A stretch of DNA of 64,000 nt, taken from contig NC_134027.1 in the NCBI RefSeq assembly GCF_964204645.1, positions 3,876,485 to 3,940,484 of the forward strand, given 5' to 3'. Made by a program: the position numbers and the translations under genes. The notes beneath the pieces are model-generated. The model ran no database searches. It was not told where the DNA came from and saw only the letters and a program-made list of their open reading frames with translations. Below, piece after piece: positions 13,101 to 27,752 of the stretch; position 1 is the first letter of the stretch; every line of letters starts with the position of its first letter. This DNA comes from Tubulanus polymorphus (taxonomy: Eukaryota; Animalia; Nemertea).

Positions 13101-14866
13101 GTTTCGTAAACCAAGATCATCACTAAGAATACGAACTGCCGGTTCGCTTTGAACGTTGTCACAATTTGAAGACGCGTGGTATTTCAAAAATCTCAAAAAC
13201 GTCCTGATAAATTCCGTAATCACGAAATCCGAAGAAGAAGAAAATTGGAGTTTGATTTTTTCAGATTGTATGTTTTCAAGCGTCAAAGTGAAATGTGAAA
13301 TAATGGCCTGTCTAGACGCATCATTTCAGATATTCAACACAACGTGGGGGAATGTCTTGTCAGTTGAGTTGAATGTGTCAAATGAATCGTATGACTAGAA
13401 ATTAAGTTATGTGGTGTGTGATTGATTCGTAGTTTTTGTTCGCTGTTTTCTTTCGTTGAGTGTTAGAAACCTACGTTACAGAGATGTAAGATCATCGTGC
13501 ATGGAATAATTCAGATATTAAAATGATATAGACACATTTCGCTTGTAGCGAATACAATACGCGGATATACTAGAACAGAAGGGAGTGTTGCGGCAACAAG
13601 GCTTTTTATCTTATCTTTACTTGGAGTATACGGATTTCGTTCGGGGAAAAAATGGAATGGCACTTAATGGCACCGTCAGACAATTTGAAATGGAATGGGG
13701 AACTAATTTCGTTATTCGAGTAGAATATAGTATCTTTGGGAGATTGAAAAATGAGAAAGCAGAAGTTCAAGGAATAAATGATAAAATTTTCAGGGTTTGC
13801 TAAGTACTAAGTGAAAGCATTCGCTTTTGAGTGAAGATTAATTTGAATGTTGTGGAATGATAGTTGAAAATAAGGCAACGTTAGTAAATCATAAATTGAC
13901 AATTAAGGCGGGAATATCAGACACACACACAAACACATTTTCATTGGAAAAATTATGATAAACGCGGCGAAGAATGGGAAAAATTAATCCTTTTTCCACA
14001 ACGTTCTTCGGCGGAAATCAGGCGGGCAGCGGGCATCCATCCTCCGTGTAATCGAAAAACACCATAAAACGAATGATTCTTATGGCTAATTCATCGTAAT
14101 TAATCGATTTCTATTTCATGTCACAAATACGTGTCCGACATACGTTCACCAAACACACGGCATGTTAATCGAGTTAATCATGAACTTCATCAGAGAAAAT
14201 GGTTTTATGAACCCTTCTAGTTAAGTATTCGACCAATGCTATATCTATTATTAAACTGACACGTGCAGTGAACGGCCGACGGCCATGCCGCCGGAAACCG
14301 ACCGATATTTTTTTCGACCCTAGGGAGTGGTTCTAACCAATAATCTCCGTCGCAGATGATTACCTACGGCTGCCTTACATCCTACAAGCGTTCTAATGGC
14401 GTAAACAAGAAAAATTCTTGCGACCACGCATGTACATCTACCAAAACTAAGTGCGCTTTTAAATCATCATTCCGGATATGAATACTTATGATATTCCCAT
14501 AAAAATTCGAATCTCACCGAAACGTCCAAAGTCAAATTAAACCCAGCGCATTCGGCGCTGTTGGGACCGAACCAGACGATGGTAGGATGTATATATGCAT
14601 TTCTCTTTGAAGGATTGCGCCCTCGTGCAGAACCGACTAGCGATGAAAATATCACCACTTAATTACCCCCTTGTAACACACAATGAATACAGCTTCTACC
14701 ATACGATTGCTTAAGCCACATCATGAAAAACAGCACACATGCTTACTGGGTGTAATTAGGCGTTGGAAAGTCTTATTTAGAGTATCATTTACTGTAACAT
14801 TATCGGCTTTTTCGTTTCGTCTTCCGAGTTTGTCATATACGTATTTCATACCACCTTTTCACTATT

Positions 14867-14972
14867 CAGCCAGTCAGCCAGTCAGTCAACCAGTCAGTCA
14901 ACCAGTCAGCCAGTGAGTCAATCAGTCAGCCAGTCAGTCAGTCAGTCAGTCAGTCAGTCAGTCAGTCAGTCA
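14867..14972. repeat. (CAGT)n/(CAGC)n tetranucleotide microsatellite
   Basis: Degenerate CAGC/CAAC/CAGT units on the left grade into pure (CAGT)n on the right. Confidence 0.95.
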
Positions 14973-17900
14973 TCTTCGCACCTGTTGATTTTTATTATCG
15001 GAAATATCATTGATTTCTATTTGGAACATCATCTTAGATATTGGCCGAGGTCTCAGTTGGTCTTTCATTAGGAAGCATCTTCCCATATCGAGCGAGAACT
15101 TTCCCAAAAATAAATATTTGCAACTGACCGTGTAAATATTCCACGATCGTCTCACAACGGCATACCATACGACTGCAAAGATACCCGTAAACCGATATGC
15201 ATGCATATTCAATTTTCCGCCGCCTTGGCACCCGACGGATTTAGCAATGAGACTGATAAATTAACCGTCGGTCACGATGTCAGCGCGCTGTCATGACCGC
15301 AATATGTTAGATAATCTCTTAAGACTTGAATGTCATCGAAGGAATGGAAGGATAAAACAAAAACAAAAAAAAACGTTCTGCGAAGGAATGTGTTTGGTGG
15401 AGGCCGGTCAGAATTCAGGATGCAAGAAATCGTCTTAGATGTATCCGATAGGGAGACTTGGTTCACTGAATGACCTTGAATTGATGAACTGTTAGTTGAA
15501 CTTGAGATCCGATTGAAGACGATTACATCGTAAATGTTGTAAAGTTTCTTTTTCTCACTTTGTAAAAGCGGATCAACAGTTCAGTGCCGAGAACACGCAT
15601 ACCACGATAGACAAATATTCAGTCATTGAATTAGGTGTCGAATGTTATCGTAATCCTATCATCATGCCGTATCAATCTCTCCTCCTGTTCGGGTATCTCA
15701 CTGTTGCTCGAGTGTAATTATTGCTCGAGAATAGAGGTGAGTTTCGCGGTGTTGGACCGGTGCACCGAACGCCGTCATTCACAATCAGAGTATCCCGCGA
15801 GAGTTTCGACGGAACTAGATCGTGCAGTGCGAGCACGCCTCTTGGCCATCAGTTTATATGGAATGCTGTGATTTAGCGCAATTTCGATGACAAGGTGACT
15901 CGCGGTAGGCAACCCAGGCGCTAATAAAATCTTCACCGGTTTTTGATGGCTAAATCAACCGCGGAATACTAACAATTATACACCGCGTAACCGGCGTAAA
16001 CTTGAAAAAAAATGCCGCCAATCGAATTGTATCGCGACGGACGTGTTTTGCATGAATTCTCGTCGGAACTGAAAAAAACATTAGCTGCAAGACTAGTACA
16101 AAATGAATTACGAATCCTTCGAAATGATCTAAACGGCTGATGATTAGAGTGTACGTATTTTGATTTTGGCCCCAGATTGAAAGATAAGAATCATGAAATT
16201 GTCCTATTCGCCACAGAAATCAGCGGATACAAAACGCTAATACACTAAAAATGAACCGACCGATAAGTCTCAGTTTTAGCGCATTAACCGAACAAAGGGG
16301 GATTGAGTAATTGAATTTATCAAATCGAATATAAACACACGAACAACTTAGCAACACGATTTTATCAGATTGACAAACTGAATTGCGTAACTTCACTATA
16401 CGATTCAGCGGCGAAATGATTTAGATTAAGAATAAACTTCCGCGTACTTTCCTAGCGGGAATTGACAGTTAATCTGTCAGAAAATCAGCTCCCCAGCACC
16501 GGAATTTTTCCAAGTTCTTATACCGTGCGGAAAATTAAGCGGCAATTTTATCGTCTCAGCCGATAGTAAACGCACCCTCAATTAATACGTTCTTGCTCCG
16601 GCGACTTTCCGCTCAAAAACTGACTCCGTATATCGAACAAGACGACGGCGCATAAATCTCAGAGAATCTCCAATTATTCTACCATCGATCATAATTTGAA
16701 TGTCTGCGAAAAAATGTAATGTAATGAATGCACACGTGATTCACAACGAAATTGGAACAAACCCCAAAATAACGATGAAATCGATCATCGAAACCTGGAA
16801 AGTTTCAATTGGTCCCCAGTGAAATGGTTTAGGTTTGCTTATCTCTTTTAATTCGAATGAATTAGCTTGCTAATCGTGGTTTATGGATTGTTTGATGTTG
16901 ATTAATTGATATGTTTTGAAAATCCACTAGTGTGCCATAGGTAATTCTAATCTAATACCGAATTACGTAGATTATGATTACGTGGCAACAACGTAATTTA
17001 TAACGATTAACTTTTATACTAGCGATGTTCAAATTCAATTTAATAAGAATTTATATGTAAATCCCTGTATACATATCATATTTGAAGTAATTTTCATCTA
17101 AATCCTTATAAATTGATTGTTTTTATTTCTGCTATAACGGTAGATTTATATCTAGTAGATTTTAAACATTAAAATACATATATTTCATAAATCTGCCCAA
17201 ACCGTTCATAGCATTTGAATGGCGTTAGGTGCCAGAGAAATCCTAAAGGGGGCAGTTACATGGAGTAAAAAAAACCCCGATACAACGGTTCTTCTTAAAC
17301 GCCCTAGCAAAACTATGTTTGGCCTATAACAAAATATTGGAATATAATAATAATCGAGGGTACCTAGTCTTATCGATGACTCCTGAGCGCCTAGCAGCTG
17401 TTCGGATTTTACTTCTCCCCATGGAAAGATGACTGTGGTCAATAATACCGCCGTTGAACATTGTATCACAGTGAAAGAGGGCCCTATAGAAATTAAATTA
17501 TACACTTAATTACTAAACAGTATTACTAAATGATGATATTTTTAAAAATGGGCACTTATACCAAAATCTCTGCCCCCACCCCTCTCGCGAAGTACGTCGT
17601 TGATTAAGTCGAAAATATGTTTATACGGCAGGCGATGACGTCATACTCGAGGTGAGATATTACTGCTCGGGTCGCTGATTTATCATGCCGTGAAACAACT
17701 GTTTCATCGATTGATTAATTGTTGATGATGCAGCATCACCTTTCCAAGCGAGCGCACCTTTTTCTTCCCGACCCGGATTCGAGCTAATGATGAAGTCATG
17801 GAAACGATCAGTGCATATACGTTATACGTGGACCGACGTGATGACTTGTTAACAACAAGCTGAAACGCATTGTCATAAATAATTAAACGGACAACTTCAA

Positions 17901-20327
17901 TCAAATTGTCGCTTAGGTCAGCCACGATGAAAGTGTAAAAATCGTGATTTTGATTTGAAAAGAGAGAAATGGAAAGTTGTTTATTAATCAAATATATTAC
18001 ATATATTATATAAACTTATTATGATTGTAACGATGCGAATTTTCAGATTCGATAAACTCGATTACGTTGAAATGCGTCATCTCCGTGTATTCAGTGATGA
18101 AAGACAGTCTTTCTAAAACCGCTTGGTTCCGGTTCCGGTGATGTAAATGATAGACGCTATTCGGCTATTTTCTTAGTCGAAGATTAAATAATCAATTACT
18201 TCTGAATTCTCACATCAGCAGTTCGACGAATTAGCGATGTTTACGCGGCAAATCAAACGACATTAAACCCACAGCAACAAGCACCACTACTCCTAACATC
18301 ATTACTTAAATTTTAATGGATTTGAAGACACGATCGAGATGCTGACTTTTCCATTACAAGTCTTCTGTGTTGTTGATTTCATTAGAGCCGACACCTTACG
18401 ACGTGATGAGTTTAAACGTTCTGTGCTAAGACAATCTAATTTCGATGTCGGCGCAAAGCAATTTCAGCGCAGAAGGTAAAGTTGATCGTGACGTATTTTC
18501 AAACCATTATCGGAGTTTTCACAAAAAGAATCGTCGTTTTCCGAAGCCGTTTCACGCGGTGGATAAACTACTACGCATATTTCTTTTTTACTTAGACCTG
18601 TTTTGAATCTATGGATTGAATTATTGCGCGTTGCTGCTCTTTTGATTCATCCTTTTGATTTACCGATGTTGCGATCTTTGGCAAATAAGATGAGTCAATT
18701 TTGAAGCATAATCGAAGAGCACAGTAAGTTGTCAAAGAAATGCCTGCCGCGGCATGTTCAATGCTTTGACGACGTTACGGCAGGTAATTGGTTTTTTCTA
18801 ATCATGGAATTTGAAACGAGTGCTGAACTATGAAAATGAAAAAAAACGTTAAGATGATATTTCATTTACGTCATTCCATTTGAAAAAAAGATGTCTTCGA
18901 AATGTATTCAGCTATACGCGTTCTATACAATCGGAGATTAAGAGTGGGATGGACATATGTACCCATTGGATTTGTTCTCACGCAAACTATGTATTCGTCG
19001 CGACGAGGGAATGTGGATGAACGATCAGAAAAGTTTAGACGGTCGACTCGATCCTAGCGAAAATAATGCGGCGTTCGACTGTAGTGTGCTGAGTAAAACC
19101 GCAGCCGAAAGCATTTCCCGTATCAATAAAATACGCTGGGAATACTCGATTAACTTCTGAAATGAACGGGAAATCGCTTAAATTCTGGTGGCAACGGACC
19201 GTGTATTTATTGCATGAAGCGATATTAAACGATGAAATGGTCACGAAATCGCCAGTAAACATTTCATAATTTATATTCAATAAATATACGTTTATATATA
19301 GTGTAATCCTGAATCGATATGTCATAATGAAATGAAATGATCCGGAAAGAGTTTCACCGTTTTATCGTTGAATACCGAATCCAGAGGCAAATTTATTCAC
19401 GGTGAATAGAATGTAAATATCTAAATATTTACTTATAATTCACTATACGTTCTAAAAATGACGAATGAATGCAATAGTTAAGGATCAATAAGGTTACTTT
19501 GAATATGAATATATCTCCAATTAAATTGAATTAATTTGAATTTACCGGCAACCAGTCTCGCCCCAATATTGATGACTTAGTCCTCCCCACAATATTTTAA
19601 CTCATTATCGAAAATTCATCAGATAGAAAATAAGAGCTGTGAAATTCATTAAACACAAAATAAACGCCAATTTTCAAGTTAATTGTAATTGTTATTTTGA
19701 AACGGCAGTATTTCGGTACCCCTTAAATAGCGCATAATAGTTATCAATACGTAAAATCATCTTTCTCACGGTTTTTTACGGTGTCAAAAAACTAAATACT
19801 TGTACGGAGAAGTTCGTACCAAAAACAAAAATACTATACGTACATAATGGTAGTGATTAAGATAGTATCAAAATACGCACGCGGATGAAGTGTACTAGAT
19901 GCGAAAAATCGGCCATTCACTCCGTCTACGGGATAGGGCTTGTCGCAAATACGATGGCAATTCAAACTCCTAGCATATTCCGGCCGGATTTCACTATATC
20001 ACACCAGCGAAGACGTTTTGGCGATACGAATGTAGTAGCTATGGTGATGTCGGTACTATCTCATTGATACATGGATAATCTCTAGGCCTACCTAAAGAAA
20101 TACCTTCAATTTATCTTACCAGTGTCTTCCAATACATTTCATATTTAGGCATTGAAAAATGGGCAAATGTGGCTCTCAAAGCGAAGAGTCTATGGTTATC
20201 GTCAGCATTTCTGTTATATAGTTTACAGCTTCATTTACGATTATTGACTATTTAGTTTATAGCTGGTGATCTAATGGTTCGTGCTCCTATGGACGTAACA
20301 TGCACGCGTGGATAATTTACCAAATAG

Positions 20328-20330
<3 letters not shown>

Positions 20331-20360
<30 letters not shown>
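20331..20360. repeat. (AT)15 microsatellite
   Basis: Read directly from the sequence. Confidence 0.95.
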
Positions 20361-20363
<3 letters not shown>

Positions 20364-22221
20364 TAGTACGCTGATCTCAGGATGGATAGGTGGAACTGTT
20401 ATCACGTACCTACAAAATATTCTAAAGGTGATGATAACGAGATTTCGACAATAGAGAAATCGATGTTGTTAATACATCATTATCAGTTCAACGTCATAGT
20501 CTCCATAAATTCTGCATGCGGACTGGTGATGACGATTGAACTATTGTAGCAATGATTATGATTAGCATCATATATCATGAACTATAAACAATCCAGCCTA
20601 TAACAGGGCTTACAAGTCACATTGACATTAACAAGTTACACAGCAAACAAATTATGATTTCAAGTTTTTAGTTTCATGTAGTAAAAGGATTATATTCTAT
20701 TAGGAATCAGCAAACACTAGTTTTGACATAACTATTACACAGTAGAATTTATTTTCATTTTATCGGCATTAGATAAAAGAGATGTGTCTATTCCTGAGAT
20801 AACATAAATCTTTGAAAAAGTCATTACGTAATTCGATGTTTTAGTGCACGTCAAGAAATGTTTTATTCTTCAACTTTATTTGACGTATAACGCTCGACTA
20901 ATGGATGATAAACTATAAGATATACGTTGATGCATCCTTTCCAACGTAATCTTAAATTCACGAAACAAGTACGTCTTAAATTAACTTTGCCTAATCAAGT
21001 CTGTGTAGAGAGAACCTGATACCGTCTTTAAGGGCGTGCGCTGATTGGACTGCTTGACAGGTGCATTATCCTTTCGTTTTCGTTTTACGATGAGCTACGA
21101 AGATCAAATAGCTACCAACATCCCGCGTAAATATTCTAGAAAATTCCCGACATGAAACTCAACTTACGGAGCTTTCATGTACAAAGTGTTCATCTTCATT
21201 TGGATGCAGCCTCGCAATCAGACAGTACGCAAACAAATGATATAAAACTCCCGATCACACGAGACACGTATAGTCAGTGTTAAATGTTTTGATTAGGCAA
21301 CATCTCCTTATTCTGGTGGTTTGGTAAAATAAATGAGCTTGTTTATTCCATAGGACGAACTCCACTTATTCAAGGAAGATTAAGCAGCATAAAACTGCCA
21401 TATTTTCTTCTAGAGCATCTTAGACCGCAGGGAATATTAATGTCGGAATGTCGTTGACCTACGAGAGAATTTTCTAATCGCTTTTGAATAACATGCCAGG
21501 TATAGCATTTCCTCCGTGAAATACGTACAACAAAAAATTGATACTGACACTATTTAACTTTTAAGACATTTACTGTTCAGGTTTATCTATAGAATTTGCT
21601 AATATTGTATCGCACGACGTCTCCGAGAATGCGTAAGAAATGTTGATTGAAAAAATGTATTTGTTGTACAATTATTACATGTTTCTTTTTGGAATACATT
21701 CGTCAGAATCTGGCGCGAGATTTTATGATGGCGAAATGCTTTTTTCACGCCGATTCTAGCGCAGAGATAACGCTTTGTCCCAGTGCGATAGAAAGTGTGG
21801 AATTCAACGGAGGTCTATTTGCATCAAAGAAAACGAGGATTAGATGCGATTTCAGACGAACTGTATGAAGCATTTTGGAATCGATTACTCGTGCAGAAAT
21901 TCCTAAGAGTGTGAGCAACTTTTTATATCTTTTTACTACGTTTTCTGTAATTCACCATTCGTAAAGGCTATTACAAACTCTGGGAGGTCGACGAAACACA
22001 AAAAAAATGAACCTTTTTACGAACTATCCAGCAGCAAATGAATAATCGATACGGTTTATTGGGGGCCAATCGTGAATCACAAATAGTTACGTCAGTTATG
22101 TGTTAAGATGCATTTCTATATTGTCTTTAACAAACAAAACGTACGTGTAAAAAAATTTGGAGAAATATTTATGATTGTTATATCAGAAAAAGAATAAAAG
22201 AGTGATCTAGAAATGACCTAC

Positions 22222-23142
22222 CTGGACACGTGATGTCGATTTTGGTGACTTTTTCCCAGACGGCGCATGTCCGTTCGTCTTTCCCGGATTTTTTGGGATA
22301 GTGCTCGAAAACAAGATGCGTCCGATTAGTCCATATAGAACACATGTCAGTATTAACGGAATTACGTAAAATATCACAAGATCCGCCATATATATCGTCG
22401 TATAATCCTCGCGATGCAGTTTGAATGTACAAATGTCGATAATCTGTCCGTCAGGGTATTCCCTGTGCTCGATGGTCGTCAGTCCGAGCCAGGCGGCATT
22501 ATATAGCAAACCAAATATCCACAGGCACGCGATGATACGTTTAGCCCGTTTCACCGTACACATCGTTTGGGCCTTCATCGGGTGGCAAATAGCGATATAT
22601 CGTTCAATCGTGAACGCGGTTATGGACAACGCCGAGATGTTAACCCCGACATACTGAGTGAATATCAACAGGGCACAGCCGACCATTCCGAAAAGCCACT
22701 GGTCTATAATCATAAAATGGACCAGTTCGACGATCGTAGGAACCGCCGCGGCTAACAATACTAAAATATCCGCCACGGCCAAACTTACGAGATAGCAATT
22801 AGTTGTCGTGTGCATAGTCTTCGTACGGGATACAACGATGACAACCATGACATTTCCGGTCAATCCGACGATGAAAATTACGCTACAGAAAAAGGCGCCG
22901 ATGATACGATACGGCAAAATGTAATACATAGGAGGTGACGTCATACGATGTACATTCGACGGCCGAGTTGTTGAATTATCCCAGGTAACGTTGTTTGTGA
23001 GATTCATGCCCGTGTTGTTGTAATCGGAGCCTACGTCGTAACTGGGACCCCCGAACACGGAGCCATTCGTATCGTAACTAATCGGAGGCGGTAACGTCAC
23101 ATTGACAAAAAACGATCCGTTCCACATTTCACCGGCATCCAT
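22222..23142 (-). CDS. TRHR: Thyrotropin-releasing hormone receptor-like class A GPCR, first coding exon (307 aa, N-terminus to end of ICL3; partial)
   Basis: Motifs GNVMVVIVV (TM1), TTTNCYLVSLAVAD (TM2), QYVGVNISALSITAFTIERYIAICHPMKAQ (TM3), AKRII...W (TM4) and DLVIFYVIPL...LYGLI (TM5) closely match vertebrate TRHR. The ORF ends SRVQ|GTAGGT, a phase-0 donor at 22221, equivalent to the vertebrate SRKQ|V intron position. Confidence 0.92.
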
Positions 23143-26100
23143 GATTCCGATTTCACGCCAAAAACAATATTTACAATATTTTGTAATCTAAATAGAAAAG
23201 CGCTTATGTTATGTCTATTACAGATTCTTCATTCGACTTTTCATATTCCTTCTCACGAAACTAAATCATTCTAGCGAAACACTTTTTTTCATTCTTATCG
23301 TAAAAATTGCTGTAACACGCAACTCGCCATTTTCCTATTACTGACACGTAGTTTCGGAATAAAAAGAATGAAAAGTACTCACTTTGTTTGTCACACACAG
23401 TTTGTCACACTGAAAATATCCCCAATTGACGTTTTGAATTGTGAGAATCTACGAATCTGCGTTTATATCATTCGCTGATACATATTTCGCTTGTCGTTGG
23501 TTCTGTGAGTTCGGTTTGTACCGAGAAGCAGTTAGCGCGCGCAGCGGCTTATTTCGAGATTCATGCGCGCGTCTAGTTTCGCGTGTGAACAGTACTACAC
23601 ACTGTCACCACCGCTGCGTAGTGAGTGCACGACACTTAAGGCACTATTTCGCCCCTAGTGTTCGATGGTTTACGACCTGTAACGAGAATAAACACCAATC
23701 AGCATTGAAAATCAAATCTATCTCGAAGATGCTGTTAATAATTCACAACTATTCATATGAAAACAAACGTCTAACGGCGCACGTATTCAAATATTCTGCT
23801 AAGCACAGACATTCGCACAAAGCATACACAGTTTCGACATATTGCTCTTCGATGTTTCTATTAGTTTTGTAATGTCCAGAGTTTCGAATTTCAAACGTTA
23901 TCCAATACACAGCTACAGGGTTTACCGAGAGCGGAGATGAATTGTTAGCTTAACGTCGAAAGTGTATTATTGGTCAGCAAATGGCTTTTACTTTGTGATG
24001 CTGGCGAATAACGTACGTTTCACACCAAGACACTGGGAAATTTATATACATATAACATAATAATAGTCTTCATCGGATAGTTTGAATCACTTAGTGTCTA
24101 TTTTAATCTACGTCACGAAATATTGTCAGTTATTTGAGTAACACGAAATCGATTACAAGTTGTAGGACCCCCGCTATTTCAAATCAACACCGGCCTTCCC
24201 TGATTGCGATAAATACCGCGGTTGATGAGAGTCATCTCTGAAATACTCCAACCGGCTAATCGGTTTCATATAGAATCTAGATATACACATCGAAACATTA
24301 TCCGTCGCATGTCGAGTATCATTAACGGTTGAATCTACGACCAATTATATCACATACATGTCTACATTAGGGCATAACGCGCTCTGCTAAAACAAATAAC
24401 AGAAACAGAAGAATACGAAGTCTTCTACGGTCGTATGACATCATAAGATATCTTATAACCTATTAAACTATGTATTGTTCGACTCACTAGTAGGTGTGAT
24501 TTTGGTAGATTTCGCTGTAGGTCGGTGAACCTCTCATCAGCTCGCCAACTGCGTAATTCTTTCAAAGGTAGCAGTGAAGTTGTGTTTGTGGAAGTGAATT
24601 CCAAGTAATAGACGTGTCTCACAATTCAAAGCCATTTTACTGGTCGTCGACTGGTTACTGGTTCTCTTTTTGTTGATCTTAAAAATTCATGTAGGATTGC
24701 AATCTCAGACTAGAGACGGTTTCAACCATGGAAATGAGGAATAAGAAACAACTCACTTCCAAATGGCATTCCATTTAATCAATCTATTAACTGCCAAAAC
24801 TGCGGACTGAAGTTTCTAATCTTTGCCGTAAGACACAGTGGTAATTAAGACAGTTTCAAACCAGACTACCCGAGTACCAGACTATATCATATCACAGTGT
24901 ATCGAATGTAGAAGCTTTTATCCACTCTACGGATATGATACTGGTAACAATCTTTTTGTATCCTCTGTAAATGACGGAGTCTGAGGGTTTAATCACCGTG
25001 GGTTAAATGAAATTTGAGAAGACCAATATTGCGCAGGAAATTGAGCATGTTCCTTTAACGTGTATAGCTAGAATCTTATACGAATCGCGAGTAATCAAAG
25101 ATAGACTCAGAAATTCGCCGTGGTGTTTCAACTCATTTATGACATTAAAATGTCGACTGATTAAATGGAAAATCAACATTTTACTATTTACTATTACTTA
25201 TGATTTCAACAAAATATGTCAGATGGCTGCAATGTACTTCCGCGCAAAACATTGAGCCGACAGAAAAGAGCCTCATCCTTTATGATCATTGATGTCTTTT
25301 TGTTGCAAACTCGTTTTGTTTTTCTGCCATTATTTGCCGTCAAGTAGACCGCAAATAAAGATAATGTATTCAGATATTTGCAATAATCCTGTGATTCGGC
25401 CAAAGTTTCCTCGCTACCAGTGTCGATCGAGTGTCATCGACTGTGACAGCAATAATTGGGTCTCGAAACTCCGAGGTCACCAAACATCATTCCAACCTCT
25501 GTATTGATTGACTAGAACTTTCATGGGATACGTATCTTTAAAAACACACATTTTCCATCCAAACGTCATGTATACCCGACAAAATGTTGTCTTTCCGACT
25601 AATTGATAAAAAACTAAGTGACAGGTGTATCAACTTAGGAATCGGAATTATGTCGTGCCATAGTTTTTATCGCGCCACCGCGTAATTAGCAAGTCTCGCG
25701 TACCAGGGTTTGGTGTCTGCAGTCTGTGTCATGTCGAGTGCAGTTGGTACTATTTAAAACACTCTTCCGAATTCGGATGACCATGTACATGTGTAATAGG
25801 TACATTTTTCATACGAAGACATGTTCATTATCCTATCGTGACGTGACCTCAGGCAGTTGAAGACTTACAATTTACTTTCAATAATTAATTTATTTGATTA
25901 CCGGTTTGGTCGGTCGAGCATTATTCATGTCATCTACGAGAGATTAATCACATCAGACCTACGTCATACTACGCCTTCGGTCGGAAACAATCTGATTAGC
26001 ACTGGTTAAGCCTTGCAGTAGTCCAGCCAGTAATCTCGTTGAGTAGGTCATTTCGAACTGTTTGTTTTGGTCTCAGCTGATAACTGCAACAGCGCTTAAC

Positions 26101-27718
26101 GAGGTATATATTGTCCATGTGCGTGTACGACATCTGGGCCGAGGTTTCATTTCGCAGAGATGAAGTAACATTTTCCAATTCAGTCAGATAATGAAATGCG
26201 GATTCGCGAAGAGAGCACCGGTACGATACATGCTGGGTAAGAATTAGTGTTTTAAATTGAAATATTGGCCCAAACTAACGATAGCAATATACATAAGATA
26301 TAAATCAATGTTTATTGGATGAAGAATGTCATCTGTTGTCTCAATTAATCACCACAGCCACACCGATCATTTTCAAAAGGCAGAACCTCATGAATTAATT
26401 TCTGTATATCAGACGAGACCTCATGTTCGCTTGTTGAAAAATGTATCGGCTGAGAATGTTTTCGCTTTAAATAATATACACGTGATTAACTGAGAAATAG
26501 CTTTGTATAGATTTCCGATAAAACGTAACGACAGGAAATTGACTGCTCGAAAAATACAAAACAATATAATAAGGTAATGCGTCCATTATTTGAAGCTTGT
26601 ATCAAGAGCTCTCAATTCACACAGGGTATTCAATACTTGAAAAGATGCTTTTACTTTTAGATCGATCGCTTTCACTCGCATTTCATCGAGTATCGAATGA
26701 TGTGAATACGCACGTATTCTTCGAGCACAGTTCGAGTCTATATATCTGCAACTTGTCACAGAAAAGCATCCTTGAGAAATACATTTCAGTCAAAAACTTA
26801 AGTCTGGGTATGACATCGAATACGAGACAACTTCAAAGTATATGCGTAACGCTCTAGATATTACTCCTAGACAATGATCGATTCCTGGTTAAATTCATAC
26901 GCTTAAAACAATTATTCACTTGGACAGATAGACACACAGAGGTCCTTGAGCAATTTCTATCATCGAATGTGAAAATAGTCGCCACGTCACCTCGAGGGAA
27001 ATCATTAAACAGGCGACCAGATCCTCGAATTTCTTGGAATACATCACGAACCATAAGGAGAGCTATTCCGATGAAACTGAAATTGTCAGCATTAATTACA
27101 GATTATACACACCTGCTAACTTTCGCAAAAGGTGCATCGACAGCAGTTGTTTTGGCGAATTTTAATCATCTCGGAAAAAGTGTGGACTCTCGATATTCCC
27201 GATGAAATAGCCTAATGCTGAATACGTCGGATTGATAATGAGAGGGTCGATCAGGGTTCCGTCGTTCTGCGATGAATCTAAGGTTATAAAGTAAAACCTT
27301 GGACTTAAATATTGATGTACAAAGTTCGAGAATAGCTACGGAATCTGCCAGATAGCTTGTATACATGTACATACGTTCCTTTTATACATGGTCTGGATAT
27401 AACAGATAAGCACTTAAAAACAATGGGACTGAGTTATTTGACTCAATGTAAAGTGAAACTATTTGGAATGATCTTCATTCCCATCGGGTCACGTTAAATT
27501 ATTGTTTACTATCAGTTCAAAAGGAAGGACATTCGCTTTGACCCGCGGCTGAACGGGTTATTCGATCGCCTCCCTAAACTCGCAGTTAACAAATACCTTA
27601 GGTCAGGTATCGTACGTACGTAGAAATAATTTTTTCAAAGAATTTTGGTTTGAAGGTCCGCTCAATACGGTCAATTGAAATTGAAATTCGGTATACTTTA
27701 CGAGTATATTTCTTTGAT

Positions 27719-27752
27719 TATACTGTTACTGTTACTGTTACCGTTTACTGTT
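27719..27752. repeat. Short (TTACTG)n hexamer repeat
   Basis: tatactgttactgttactgttaccgtttactgtt; about 5 imperfect units. Confidence 0.7.

Noticed and set aside
22207-22221. ORF tail VGHF-stop implying a 5-TM receptor
   Set aside because: It is read-through into the intron past a good donor at the conserved position.
23441-23872. 143-aa plus-strand ORF upstream of TRHR
   Set aside because: GTG start, no domain-like composition, and it overlaps the probable TRHR 5' UTR in antisense.
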